Origin: an uncultured Myxococcales bacterium
GTDB taxonomy: Bacteria; Myxococcota; UBA4151
Length of the DNA: 41,575 nucleotides
Direction of reading: 5' to 3'
NCBI GenBank assembly: GCA_964013405.1
Contig: CAXGWI010000017.1
Span: 1-41,575, forward strand
Below, piece by piece: positions 19,073 to 27,504 of the stretch (position 1 is the stretch's first letter; every line of letters begins with the position of its first letter). A model generated the notes under the pieces. That model did not search any database, had not been told where the DNA came from, and saw nothing but the letters and a program-made list of their open reading frames with translations. The position numbers and the translations under genes are program-made.

Positions 19073-19968
19073 GGGGCCCCCAAGAACTGCAGCACAGCCC
19101 GATTGAAGCGCCGCTTATGTTCGAGGTTCGGCGCATGGGCGGCATTGCGGAGCACTTCAAGCTGGCACAGGTCCCCGAGTTTGCGCTGGAGTCGCTTGGC
19201 CAGGGACAGGGGGAAAATGGCGTCGTGCTCACCCCAGATCAGGAGCGTGGGCGCCTGGGGGGGGTGCCGGGGCGTTTGGGAACGTTCCCCCTCGAGGTAG
19301 TCGAGTAGATCCAGCAGGAGTTCTCGTTTTCCTTCAAGCTGCTGGTTCATCAGGACCCTGTGTGCGTCCCGCAGGAGGGGAAGGGGAATCCAGGGGGGCT
19401 TGTGCCAGGCGACCGCCATCAATCGGCGGAGGTCCTTGGGCTCCTCGGGCAACAGTAACTCGGTAATATGCTGGACACCTAAGGTCTCGAGGGACGCGTG
19501 ATGATCGACCTTGGTGATCTCATCCCCGGGACAGCCGACAAGGATCATCCGGCGGATACGGTCCGGGAATTTGGTTGCCAAGGTGTAGGTGACGAAGCCG
19601 CCATAACTCATGCCCAGGAAGTCGGCCTGATCGATGCTCAGATCGTCGAGAAGGGCGCAAACCGCCTCGGCCTGATGGGTGATGCTACGACCCGGTGTGG
19701 CGGTGGTACTGCGGCCAAAAAACAAGAGATCGGGGATAATGAGACGGTGTTTTTTTGCCAGCGCCGCCACCTGGGGATGCCACTGCCACAGGGCGCTGGC
19801 ACCGAAGCCGTGGAGTAGGACCAGAGGGGGCCCGTCCCGATCACCTAGCCAATAGCTCAGTTCACCGTTGGGGGTTTCAACGAGGCATTCTTTGAGCCCA
19901 CTGCGGCGGAAGCGACGCTTGAGCAGGCTCTCATGCAGTCGTGTTGGGCTGAGTCGTCGTCTGAGCAC
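19069..19968 (-). CDS. Alpha/beta-fold hydrolase
   Basis: Likely GTG start 19968 (AAGGA upstream); LLHGFG, GMSYGG nucleophile elbow, WGEHD, AAHAP. Confidence 0.85.
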   Translation of the reverse strand: MLRRRLSPTRLHESLLKRRFRRSGLKECLVETPNGELSYWLGDRDGPPLVLLHGFGASALWQWHPQVAALAKKHRLIIPDLLFFGRSTTATPGRSITHQAEAVCALLDDLSIDQADFLGMSYGGFVTYTLATKFPDRIRRMILVGCPGDEITKVDHHASLETLGVQHITELLLPEEPKDLRRLMAVAWHKPPWIPLPLLRDAHRVLMNQQLEGKRELLLDLLDYLEGERSQTPRHPPQAPTLLIWGEHDAIFPLSLAKRLQRKLGDLCQLEVLRNAAHAPNLEHKRRFNRAVLQFLGAP

Positions 19969-19981
19969 GATTCCGAATTCC

Positions 19982-20764
19982 TTAGGGGCAAAGACAGGCA
20001 GGAATGGGCGCCCGCTGGGCCCCGGTCTGTGTCCCCGTAAGGCTGATAAAGGTGCGGCTCGGTTCACGGTTGGGGATCTCCACCTTTTCCATCTCCACGG
20101 TGGAGAGATCGGCCGAAAAGACGAGATTGTTGAGCTTTTGATCGTAACGGTCATTCTGGGGGTTATCCCCCTCCTCCAGGCCAGCGGTGCCGCACATGAC
20201 ACCCTCGCAATGGACGTTGCCGGAGGTGCGCATATCCTGGGCACAGCCAGGGCCGCTCGCCCCCGACTCGGGCGTCCAACTGTTCCGGTCGACGCCGAAA
20301 CCCTCCCCTGGTGTGCAAGCATCCCAGGTGAGGATGTTCCCTTGGAGGTCACCAATGCCAGCCCCACAGGGCGCTGGGCCGACCTGAACACTGTTTTGTG
20401 TCGTCGTACGAATACCGAAGGAAGTGACCTCAAAGTCCTCTCGGAAGTTGAGTTCGAGCAAATGGCTTTGCCCGGAACCGGGACCATCCTCACCGCCTGG
20501 TACCCGGATGCGTAAGACGCCCGGTGTGAGTGGTTCGACGTTGTCGCCGGCCCCCAGCGGGGTTTCCTCGATATGAAATGAGCCGCCGATTTCGTAGCTG
20601 AGCACCCAGCTCTCGCCACAATCACCGACCCCCACATCAGCGGGGGAGGTCCCCCCATCGGGGATTTGGCCCCCATCGCCACCTGGGGCGGGCCCACCAT
20701 CGCCGTCTGGACTGGACGGACAGCCGATGAGGAGGGAGCAAAAGAGTGCCACAACACGGATCAT
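19982..20764 (-). CDS. Hypothetical Cys-containing lipoprotein
   Basis: Signal peptide with lipobox LLIGC, then DGG-rich linker (DGDGG, DGG, PDGG). Confidence 0.7.
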   Translation of the reverse strand: MIRVVALFCSLLIGCPSSPDGDGGPAPGGDGGQIPDGGTSPADVGVGDCGESWVLSYEIGGSFHIEETPLGAGDNVEPLTPGVLRIRVPGGEDGPGSGQSHLLELNFREDFEVTSFGIRTTTQNSVQVGPAPCGAGIGDLQGNILTWDACTPGEGFGVDRNSWTPESGASGPGCAQDMRTSGNVHCEGVMCGTAGLEEGDNPQNDRYDQKLNNLVFSADLSTVEMEKVEIPNREPSRTFISLTGTQTGAQRAPIPACLCP

Positions 20765-20831
20765 GAATGCAGTGTGGCACGAAATAGGGGCTCCTTGCGA
20801 GTTGCAGTCGCCCGCCCCTAGACCACCAGAC

Positions 20832-20845
20832 TAGAACGTGTTTCA
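20832..20845. promoter_or_regulatory. KstR-type palindromic operator TAGAACGTGTTTCA
   Basis: Fits TnnAACnnGTTnnA; 9 bp upstream of the kstD ATG, in a divergent intergenic region. Confidence 0.8.
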
Positions 20846-20854
20846 GTCGAGCTG

Positions 20855-22537
20855 ATGAAACCTTGGGATCACGAATTCGATCTATTGGTCGTGGGTAGTG
20901 GCGCAGCGGCCCTTTCCACCGCCCTGCGCGCCCATGATCTCGGGGCCCGCGTCCTCTTGGTCGAAAAGTCCAGTCACTGGGGTGGTTCCACGGCCATGAG
21001 TGGTGGTGTGTGTTGGGTTCCTAACCATCCTTGGATGGACTCCGTTGGCATCGAGGACAGCCGTGAAGAGGCTTTGACCTATTTAGGCCACGTGACGGCG
21101 GGGGAAGTGGAGCCGGCGCGTCTTGAAGCCTATGTCGATGGGGCCCACCGCTTGTTGCGTTGGGCGAGCGAGACGAGCCACCTCGCGTTTGATCCGATTC
21201 CCGCCTATTGTGACTATTATCCCGAGGCACCGGGGGGAAAGCCCGGTGGTCGGAGCATGGACAGCCGGCCCTTTGATGGGGCTCGACTAGGCCATGCGCT
21301 CGAGACGCTTCGGCGTCCCCATCCCCAGAGCCAGATCCTTGGCCTTTTTGGTATTACCGCGGCCCAGGCTCAGACTCTCCTTGCAGGTTCTCTCCTGGCT
21401 CGGATGTGGCTGATGCTTCGTTGTTTTGTGGGCTATTTTCTCCGGGGGTTGAAGCGACGTCGTTTCGGTCGAGATACCCGCCTAACTACGGGCAATGCAC
21501 TTTGCGCCCGTCTTCGGCGGAGCCTGATGGATCGGGGGGTTGAACTCTGGTTGGAGAGCCCTTGTCGTGAACTCGTGACCGAAGACGGACGGGTCATGGG
21601 TATCGTGGTCCAAAAAGGCGAGACAAGCCTTCGGTTGCGAGGGCGTTGGGGCGTGATGTTGGCCGCCGGTGGCTTCGAGCGCAGCCAGGTGCTGCGAGAC
21701 CGTTTTCATCCCTTCGAGTCACAAACCGACTGGAACGCTGGCAATGAGGCAAATGAGGGCGATGGGATTTTGATGGGTGAGGCCGCCGGTGGGGATTTGC
21801 GCTTGATGGACCAGTTGTGGTGGACCCCGGTGAGTCAAGTTCCGCGCAGCGAATTTGCCTGGGTTCTCGTGGTGGAAAAGAATCTACCGGGCTCCATTTT
21901 TGTGAACGCCCAAGGGCAGCGATTCATGAACGAGGCCGAGCCTTATCTGGACGCAGGTCGGCACATGCTGTCCCAAGGGCCCTGTTGGTTGCTGTTCGAT
22001 GCTCGCTACCGGCATCTTTATCCCTGTGGTCCGGTTGCCCCCGGATACGCCATGCCCGACAAGCGGGTGCCCCGGCGATTGCGGGAGGGCTATCTGAAGA
22101 CGGCCGCGACGGTGAGGGAGTTGGCCGGTGTGATCCAAGTGGACCCGGCCGTTCTCGAAGCCACGCTGGCGGAATTCAACCAAGCTGCAAGCGCAGGCCA
22201 TGATGGGGCTTTCGGGCGTGGTGAGAGTGCGTCGGATCGTTATTATGGCGATCCAAGGGTGCAGCCCAATCCTTGTCTCGCAGCCCTCGATAAGCCTCCC
22301 TTTTATGCGGTGCCCATCTATCCGGGAGACCTGGGCACAAAGGGGGGACTTGCGACCGATGTGAAGGGCCGGGTGATCGACGGTGAGGGGCGGGCGATCT
22401 CGGGGCTCTATGCCGCGGGTAACAACAGTGCCAGCGTCATGGGGCCCAGTTATCCCGGGGCCGGTGGGACGATCGGCCCGGCTCTGACCTTTGGGTTTCT
22501 CGCCGCTGAAGCCGCGAAGGAGGATGCCGGTGACTGA
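20855..22537 (+). CDS. kstD: 3-ketosteroid delta-1-dehydrogenase (FAD-dependent)
   Basis: VVGSGAA, GGSTAMSGGVCW, DYYPEAPGG, AAGGFE, RFMNEA, GDLGTKGGL, YPGAGGTIG; steroid context. Confidence 0.85.
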   Translation: MKPWDHEFDLLVVGSGAAALSTALRAHDLGARVLLVEKSSHWGGSTAMSGGVCWVPNHPWMDSVGIEDSREEALTYLGHVTAGEVEPARLEAYVDGAHRLLRWASETSHLAFDPIPAYCDYYPEAPGGKPGGRSMDSRPFDGARLGHALETLRRPHPQSQILGLFGITAAQAQTLLAGSLLARMWLMLRCFVGYFLRGLKRRRFGRDTRLTTGNALCARLRRSLMDRGVELWLESPCRELVTEDGRVMGIVVQKGETSLRLRGRWGVMLAAGGFERSQVLRDRFHPFESQTDWNAGNEANEGDGILMGEAAGGDLRLMDQLWWTPVSQVPRSEFAWVLVVEKNLPGSIFVNAQGQRFMNEAEPYLDAGRHMLSQGPCWLLFDARYRHLYPCGPVAPGYAMPDKRVPRRLREGYLKTAATVRELAGVIQVDPAVLEATLAEFNQAASAGHDGAFGRGESASDRYYGDPRVQPNPCLAALDKPPFYAVPIYPGDLGTKGGLATDVKGRVIDGEGRAISGLYAAGNNSASVMGPSYPGAGGTIGPALTFGFLAAEAAKEDAGD

Positions 22538-23567
22538 TGGGCAGCGGGCCGTCCTTAGCCAACCCGGCTGGGATCAGGACTTATCGATTGAGCCCCAGGA
22601 GCGACCCGTTGAGCCGGTCGGCGACGAAGTGCTGGTTCGCCTTAAAGCCTGTGGGCTCTGCCATCGGGATCTCATCGACCGCTCCGGGCGGTTTCCGTTC
22701 TTACGCACACCGATCGTCCCCGGCCACGAAGCGGCCGGGACGGTGGTCTCGGTGGGATCGCAGGTCACCGACTTCGGTCCCGACGACCGGGTGGGGACTC
22801 TGCACCGAGATCATTGCGGTCGGTGTCCGGACTGCGAAAGGGGCGAGACCAGTCTCTGCACCAAGGCCTTCCACGTCTTTGGTTTATTGGCCGATGGGGG
22901 CTATGCCACCTGGCTCAAGGCGCCCCAGCGGGCCCTCTATGCCCTGCCCGAAGGGATGGACTTCGCTACCGGGGCCATCCTGCCCTGTACCTTTGGCACC
23001 GCATGGCGGGGGTTGACCCGCTTTGGTCCGCCGCGGGCTGGAGATCGGGTCCTCATCACGGGGGCAAATGGTGGCGTTGGTAGTGCGGCCCTGCAGTTAT
23101 GTCAGCGCCTAGGGATCGAGTCGGTGGCGGTGATTCGGGACGAGCGTCATGAAGCATTTTGCCGTCGCCAGGGGGCCGATGAGGTCGTGGTGAGGCCCTC
23201 GGGACCCTTCCATGAATCGCTCCCGGGAGGCCCTGTGGACTTGGCCTTAGAATGTGTCGGTCAGGCCACCTTCAACAGCAGTTTACGGAGTCTCAAAATG
23301 GGTGGCGGCCTCTCGATTATCGGCAATGTTCAAGAAGTACGCGCAGAGCTAAATCTAGGCTTGGTGGTGGTGAAAGGCTTGCGAATCGCTGGGAGCAGCG
23401 GCGCGACCCATGAGACCATGAGGGCCCTTGCTGCCCTGCACGCTGAGCGGCCGTTCATCCCCGCGATTGCCGAGACCTACGGACTCGAACAGGCCGATAC
23501 AGCCCAGCGCCGTCTGCGGGCAGGTGGCGTCCAGGGCCGACTGATCCTCGAGATGGGAGGGACATGA
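22530..23567 (+). CDS. Zinc-dependent alcohol dehydrogenase (MDR family)
   Basis: Likely GTG start 22530 after AAGGAGG; CGLCHRD, PGHE, structural Zn CGRCPDC..C, ITGANGGVG. Confidence 0.85.
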   Translation: MTDGQRAVLSQPGWDQDLSIEPQERPVEPVGDEVLVRLKACGLCHRDLIDRSGRFPFLRTPIVPGHEAAGTVVSVGSQVTDFGPDDRVGTLHRDHCGRCPDCERGETSLCTKAFHVFGLLADGGYATWLKAPQRALYALPEGMDFATGAILPCTFGTAWRGLTRFGPPRAGDRVLITGANGGVGSAALQLCQRLGIESVAVIRDERHEAFCRRQGADEVVVRPSGPFHESLPGGPVDLALECVGQATFNSSLRSLKMGGGLSIIGNVQEVRAELNLGLVVVKGLRIAGSSGATHETMRALAALHAERPFIPAIAETYGLEQADTAQRRLRAGGVQGRLILEMGGT

Positions 23568-25123
23568 TCATGAAGATACCAAGCAACTTGGGCTTTTGGA
23601 ATGCTGCGAAGGCTCGTCCTGAGGCCATTGCCGTGATCGATGCTGCCGGCGTGGAAACCACCTTTGGAGCTCTGCACACGAGGTCCAATCAGTTGGTCCG
23701 AGCGCTGCGAGATCTGGGTCTGGAGCCCGGGGATGCCATCGCCTACCTCTCCGAGAACCGTTGCGAGATTTTGGAGTTGTTCATGGCCGCGGCCCAGGCC
23801 GGTTGGTTTATCACGCCAATCAACAGCCATTTGGCCCCAGCCGAGGTGGCCTACATCCTCGAGGATTGTGGTGCGAAGGCCTGTTTTGTGAGTGCCCGTT
23901 GCGCCCAGCTCGGCTTGCAAGCGCTGCAGCGACTCGGGGATCCGCCCAGGGCCTTTGGTCTCGACAACTACCCGGAGCCCCTGGAGCCCTATACGGATTT
24001 GGGTGAAGAAGCCTCCGGGGAGCCTCCGGCCGAGCGGCGGGCCGGGAGTCCGATGACTTATACCTCTGGGACCACGGGCAAGCCGAAGGGCGTGCGTCGG
24101 CCCTGGTTCGAAGCCAGTCCTGAGCAGGTCTACTCCCAGCAAGCCTTGTTTCTGAGTCTCTTTGGGATGCCACCGGGCAGCGAGCACCGGCATTTGGTGG
24201 TGGCGCCCCTCTACCATACGGCCGTGATTAACTTCGCCAGCAATCATCTGCACTTGGGTCACACCGTGGTGTTGATGGACAAGTGGACACCCGAGGGCTG
24301 TTTAGAGGTCATCGACCGCCACCGCATCACCACGAGCCACATGGTGCCCACCATGTTCAGTCGGCTGCTGAAGTTACCGGCGGCGGTGCGGGATGGTTTC
24401 GATGTGAGCTCCTGTCAGGTGATGATCCATGGCGCGGCACCTTGCCCTATCGAAGTGAAACAACAGATGCTCGATTGGTGGGGCGACTGCATCTACGAAT
24501 ACTATGCCGCCAGTGAGGGCGGTGGCACCCTGGCGACGCCGGCCCAATGGCGGCAAAAACCTGGGACGGTTGGGGCGCCCTGGCCCATTTCGACCCTCCG
24601 GATCCTCGATGACGATCTCCAACCTTTGCCGGTGGGTGAAGCGGGGACGGTGTGGATCAAGATGGGGGAGCACCGCTTCGATTATCACGGCGATGAAGCG
24701 AAGACCGAGGAGGCCTGGAACGAGGGTTTTTTTACGGTCGGTGACTGTGGGTATCTGGATGAAGACGGCTTTCTTTTTCTCTGTGATCGCAAGGTCGACA
24801 TGATCATTTCTGGCGGCGTGAATATCTATCCGGCCGAGATCGAGAACTGCCTGGTCACCCACCCGAAGGTTCTCGACGTAGCGGTCTTTGGGATTCCCGA
24901 TGAGGATTGGGGTGAGGCGGTGATGGCCGTGGTGGAGACGGAGGCAGCAGAGGGCCACGAGGACGAATTGCGGCGTTGGTGCGAGGAGCGACTGGCCAAA
25001 TACAAGCAGCCCCGGCATTATCGCTTCACTGATGCCTTGCCCCGAGACCCGAATGGCAAGCTCTACAAGCGGAGATTACGCGAACCCTTCTGGGTGGGGC
25101 GCAGTCGGGGGGGCGCAGACTAG
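23564..25123 (+). CDS. Acyl-CoA synthetase (AMP-forming)
   Basis: YTSGTTGKPKG, APLYH, EYYAASEGG, DMIISGGVNIYPAEIE, PRDPNGKL. Confidence 0.88.
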   Translation: MIMKIPSNLGFWNAAKARPEAIAVIDAAGVETTFGALHTRSNQLVRALRDLGLEPGDAIAYLSENRCEILELFMAAAQAGWFITPINSHLAPAEVAYILEDCGAKACFVSARCAQLGLQALQRLGDPPRAFGLDNYPEPLEPYTDLGEEASGEPPAERRAGSPMTYTSGTTGKPKGVRRPWFEASPEQVYSQQALFLSLFGMPPGSEHRHLVVAPLYHTAVINFASNHLHLGHTVVLMDKWTPEGCLEVIDRHRITTSHMVPTMFSRLLKLPAAVRDGFDVSSCQVMIHGAAPCPIEVKQQMLDWWGDCIYEYYAASEGGGTLATPAQWRQKPGTVGAPWPISTLRILDDDLQPLPVGEAGTVWIKMGEHRFDYHGDEAKTEEAWNEGFFTVGDCGYLDEDGFLFLCDRKVDMIISGGVNIYPAEIENCLVTHPKVLDVAVFGIPDEDWGEAVMAVVETEAAEGHEDELRRWCEERLAKYKQPRHYRFTDALPRDPNGKLYKRRLREPFWVGRSRGGAD

Positions 25124-25132
25124 GAGGAGTCC

Positions 25133-25588
25133 ATGGGCGAAAGCGAAGATGGAGGGCGCTCCGGGGCGGGGCGGTCGTTCCGACGGCCTCCCCTACCGCC
25201 GGTTGATCCCGATGAGCAGAGCTTTGTTGAAGGCTACATTCAGCACAAAGCAGCCCGCTTCCTTGAGCTGGGCCTTGAAGCCTATCGTGAGGGCGACGCC
25301 TTGGGTCGGCCCACCGAGCCCCTGGAGGAGGGGGAGCGTGAAGGGCTCGAGAGGGGCTGTCAGGAGTTGGTCGTCGGCCGAGGCTTCTCTTCGGAGAACC
25401 CCCTGACTGGGCTGTCTGTTCCCGATTTTTATCGCTTGATGGATACCTTTCACTTTCGCGTCACGGGCAAGAAATCCCAATACCCGAAGGTTGGGATTCT
25501 TGACGAAATGCGGGTGGAGCATTTTGCCGCTAGTCAATGCGGCGCTCTTTTTAACTTGGTGATCTACGATCGAGAGGATGAGGCATGA
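25133..25588 (+). CDS. Hypothetical protein
   Basis: Strong AGGAG RBS, ATGA coupling to next gene; no recognised motif. Confidence 0.7.
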   Translation: MGESEDGGRSGAGRSFRRPPLPPVDPDEQSFVEGYIQHKAARFLELGLEAYREGDALGRPTEPLEEGEREGLERGCQELVVGRGFSSENPLTGLSVPDFYRLMDTFHFRVTGKKSQYPKVGILDEMRVEHFAASQCGALFNLVIYDREDEA

Positions 25589-26031
25589 GAATCTTCGTCG
25601 ACATGGACAATGTGTTGGTCGACTTTCCCACGGGCATCGACCGGCTGGAGCCGGAAGACAAGGCCCGTTACGAGGGCAACTACGATGATGCCCCGGGCAT
25701 CTTTCGACTGATGGATCCGGTGGACGGTGCCATCAAAGGGTACGAGAAATTGTGTGAAGATCACGACGTGTTCATCCTCTCCACGGCTCCGTGGGGTAAT
25801 CCAACGGCCTGGAGTGACAAGCTGCTTTGGGTCAAAAAGCACTTGGGTGAGTGTGCGGAGAAGCGGCTGATTTTGACGCACCATAAATACCTCGTTCGCG
25901 GTGATGTCCTTATCGACGACCGGCGAAAAAGAGGGGCGGGGGCCTTCTCGGGGCGGCATCTACATTTTGGTGAGCACGGTGAGTTTAAGGACTGGGACTC
26001 GGTGCTGGCCGAGATCGAAGCCATTAGCTAG
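25585..26031 (+). CDS. 5'(3')-deoxyribonucleotidase, NT5C-type HAD phosphatase
   Basis: HAD motif I IFVDMDNVLVDF; ILSTAPW; K..WVKKHLG; GDVLIDD. Confidence 0.85.
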   Translation: MRIFVDMDNVLVDFPTGIDRLEPEDKARYEGNYDDAPGIFRLMDPVDGAIKGYEKLCEDHDVFILSTAPWGNPTAWSDKLLWVKKHLGECAEKRLILTHHKYLVRGDVLIDDRRKRGAGAFSGRHLHFGEHGEFKDWDSVLAEIEAIS

Positions 26032-26376
26032 ATGGCGGCCTCTTTGACCCACGACGATCCATGGCCCCAGACGGTGGATGAAGGTCTGCTTGAGGCGGAA
26101 TTTCGCCGCCGGGCGCTGGCCCTTCATCCCGACCAGAACCCAAATCCATCGGCCGCCCAAGCATTCCGCAGTCTACTCCATGAGCGAGCGAAGCGGCGGG
26201 CAGAACTCGCCCGTCGCCGCCCCATCGAGCTTCAGGCCTTTCGGGCGGTGATCGAGAAGGTCGTCGATGCCAAGAGCGATCGTTTGGTGTGTCAGTTGGC
26301 CCGATTGATCAATGCAGATGCCGCGAGCCCGGTTCGGATTCTTGGCTGCGAGGAGCGGGGGTTCACGAAGCCATAG
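26032..26376 (+). CDS. Small protein with truncated DnaJ-type J-domain
   Basis: FRRRALALHPDQNPNPSAAQAF corresponds to J-domain helix II, HPD loop and helix III; starts immediately after the nucleotidase stop. Confidence 0.6.
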   Translation: MAASLTHDDPWPQTVDEGLLEAEFRRRALALHPDQNPNPSAAQAFRSLLHERAKRRAELARRRPIELQAFRAVIEKVVDAKSDRLVCQLARLINADAASPVRILGCEERGFTKP

Positions 26377-26559
26377 GCCGGGTTCTGAACCCCTAAGTTA
26401 AGCCCTGGCATTCTACTCACGTCTCGAAGCCTGTGACGATGGCACGACCAAGTTGGCGATGGTTGCTCCGCAGACTGTGAAGTCGAAATCGAGCCTTGAG
26501 CCCTTGGCAAAGGCACGATTCTGGTGTGTCGTTGGCTGCAGTGAGGAGAGGAGCGACCC

Positions 26560-27165
26560 ATGGCCAAACCCATCGTCGTTAGCTTGAACGGTCAGGAGTC
26601 TCGCTTCGACCACAAAAAACTCAGTCGCCGGAAGCTTTATGGCTATCGCCGTCGTCAAGCGGTGGATGGGACCGGTGAGACCTGTGCCAAAGCCAACCTG
26701 ACGGAAGACGGTCGCTATCTGCTGCGCTCAGGGATGACAGCCCAAGGCTACTTCACGGCCGCTGGGCGATGGGTGCCCAATAAAGAACTCGTGGGGTTGG
26801 ATGACAATGGCGCCGTCGTCGACAAGGTTGAGAGCACCTTGGGGACGAGTCAGCCCTTGGAAGAAGTGAAGCCCCAGGTCCTCCTCGATCTGCGCATGTC
26901 CAGTGTCTACACATTGGCTGAACAGGATGTGGACCCGGGCCTAAAGGCGGCCCTGGAAGGGGGCTCTATCTTTCGCTTCGCCTTTAATTATCGCGGCGAT
27001 TACAAGGCGGAGACCGCCTTCCTTGTCGCCAATAAGGCGGGTACTTTTGCGATCGTCGGCGATGCCACCTCACCGGAGTGGATCGAGCCGGTGGCCGTGC
27101 AGACCGTCGCCACCGAAGAAGAGGAAGACCCCTTCGAAGACGATCTCGACTTCGAGATGTTTTAA
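26560..27165 (+). CDS. Hypothetical protein, divergent Ku-like core with acidic tail (Ku-like A)
   Basis: Clear gene (GAGGAG RBS). By-eye alignment to bacterial Ku: GRWVPNKELVG ~ GEEVPxxDIVKG; SSVYTL...LKAALEGG ~ xxYYL...LxxAL; FNYR..AFL ~ FxxR..AxL. The Ku assignment is inference. Confidence 0.55.
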   Translation: MAKPIVVSLNGQESRFDHKKLSRRKLYGYRRRQAVDGTGETCAKANLTEDGRYLLRSGMTAQGYFTAAGRWVPNKELVGLDDNGAVVDKVESTLGTSQPLEEVKPQVLLDLRMSSVYTLAEQDVDPGLKAALEGGSIFRFAFNYRGDYKAETAFLVANKAGTFAIVGDATSPEWIEPVAVQTVATEEEEDPFEDDLDFEMF

Positions 27166-27168
27166 GGC

Positions 27169-27459
27169 CTAGTCCAGCGCTTTCGCGTCGCAGCCGAGTT
27201 CAGCGACGGCCTGTTCTTTGATCTGCAGCGTGCCCATACAGAACGACTTCTCGTTCTGGGTGATGGAACTGTAATAGCTGGGCGTCCCTCGGTACCAGTT
27301 CACATTGGTAAAATTGAGGACCTCACCGGGAGCGAGGAGGCCAAGAATACCGGCTTCGACTTCGATTTCTTCATCGGTTTCCTCGTCGTAGAGATAAGTG
27401 GAGGCTTCGTAGAGATCATAGGCCGTGACCCATGTTCGAATTCGGTGGTGAAACAGTCT
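27169..27459 (-). pseudogene. Start-less 96-codon open frame, probable 3' remnant of an unrelated gene
   Basis: Manual translation ...WVTAYDLYEASTYLYDEETDEEIEVEAGILGLLAPGEVLNFTNVNWYRGTPSYYSSITQNEKSFCMGTLQIKEQAVAELGCDAKALD*; protein-like with mostly G/C third positions; bounded upstream by TGA at 27460-27462 and no ATG/GTG/TTG until 27303. Confidence 0.5.
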
Positions 27460-27504
27460 TCACAAATTGAGGACTCGGACCTAGCGTGTGCTTGGAGGAC
27501 GTCC

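Noticed and set aside
19969..20757. Apparent N-terminal extension making the alpha/beta hydrolase 562 aa
   Set aside because: Overlaps the lipoprotein gene in another frame; the hydrolase domain and an RBS begin at about 19968.
20830..20847. Reading the AACGTGTT palindromes as LexA/SOS boxes
   Set aside because: The spacer is 2 bp (AAC-NN-GTT), not the 4 bp of GAAC-N4-GTTC, and all copies precede steroid genes rather than the repair-like module.
26380..26392. Palindrome GGGTTC-T-GAACCC after the J-domain gene
   Set aside because: Single short copy, no U-tract and no match to an SOS box I recognise; cannot distinguish from chance.
26440..26525. Two GGCACG elements resembling sigma-54 -24 boxes upstream of Ku-like A
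   Set aside because: Neither has TTGC/GC at the required -12 spacing.
27143..27158. Inverted repeat ATCTCGA-CT-TCGAGAT near the end of Ku-like A
   Set aside because: Lies inside coding sequence with a 2-nt loop; no matching partner suggesting an insertion-element end.
27163..27165. Programmed readthrough fusing the two Ku-like genes as the main model
   Set aside because: The stop is TAA, gene A ends in a natural acidic tail, gene B has its own GGAGGA RBS, and the open linker is explained as the antisense of a coding remnant. Kept only as a minor alternative.
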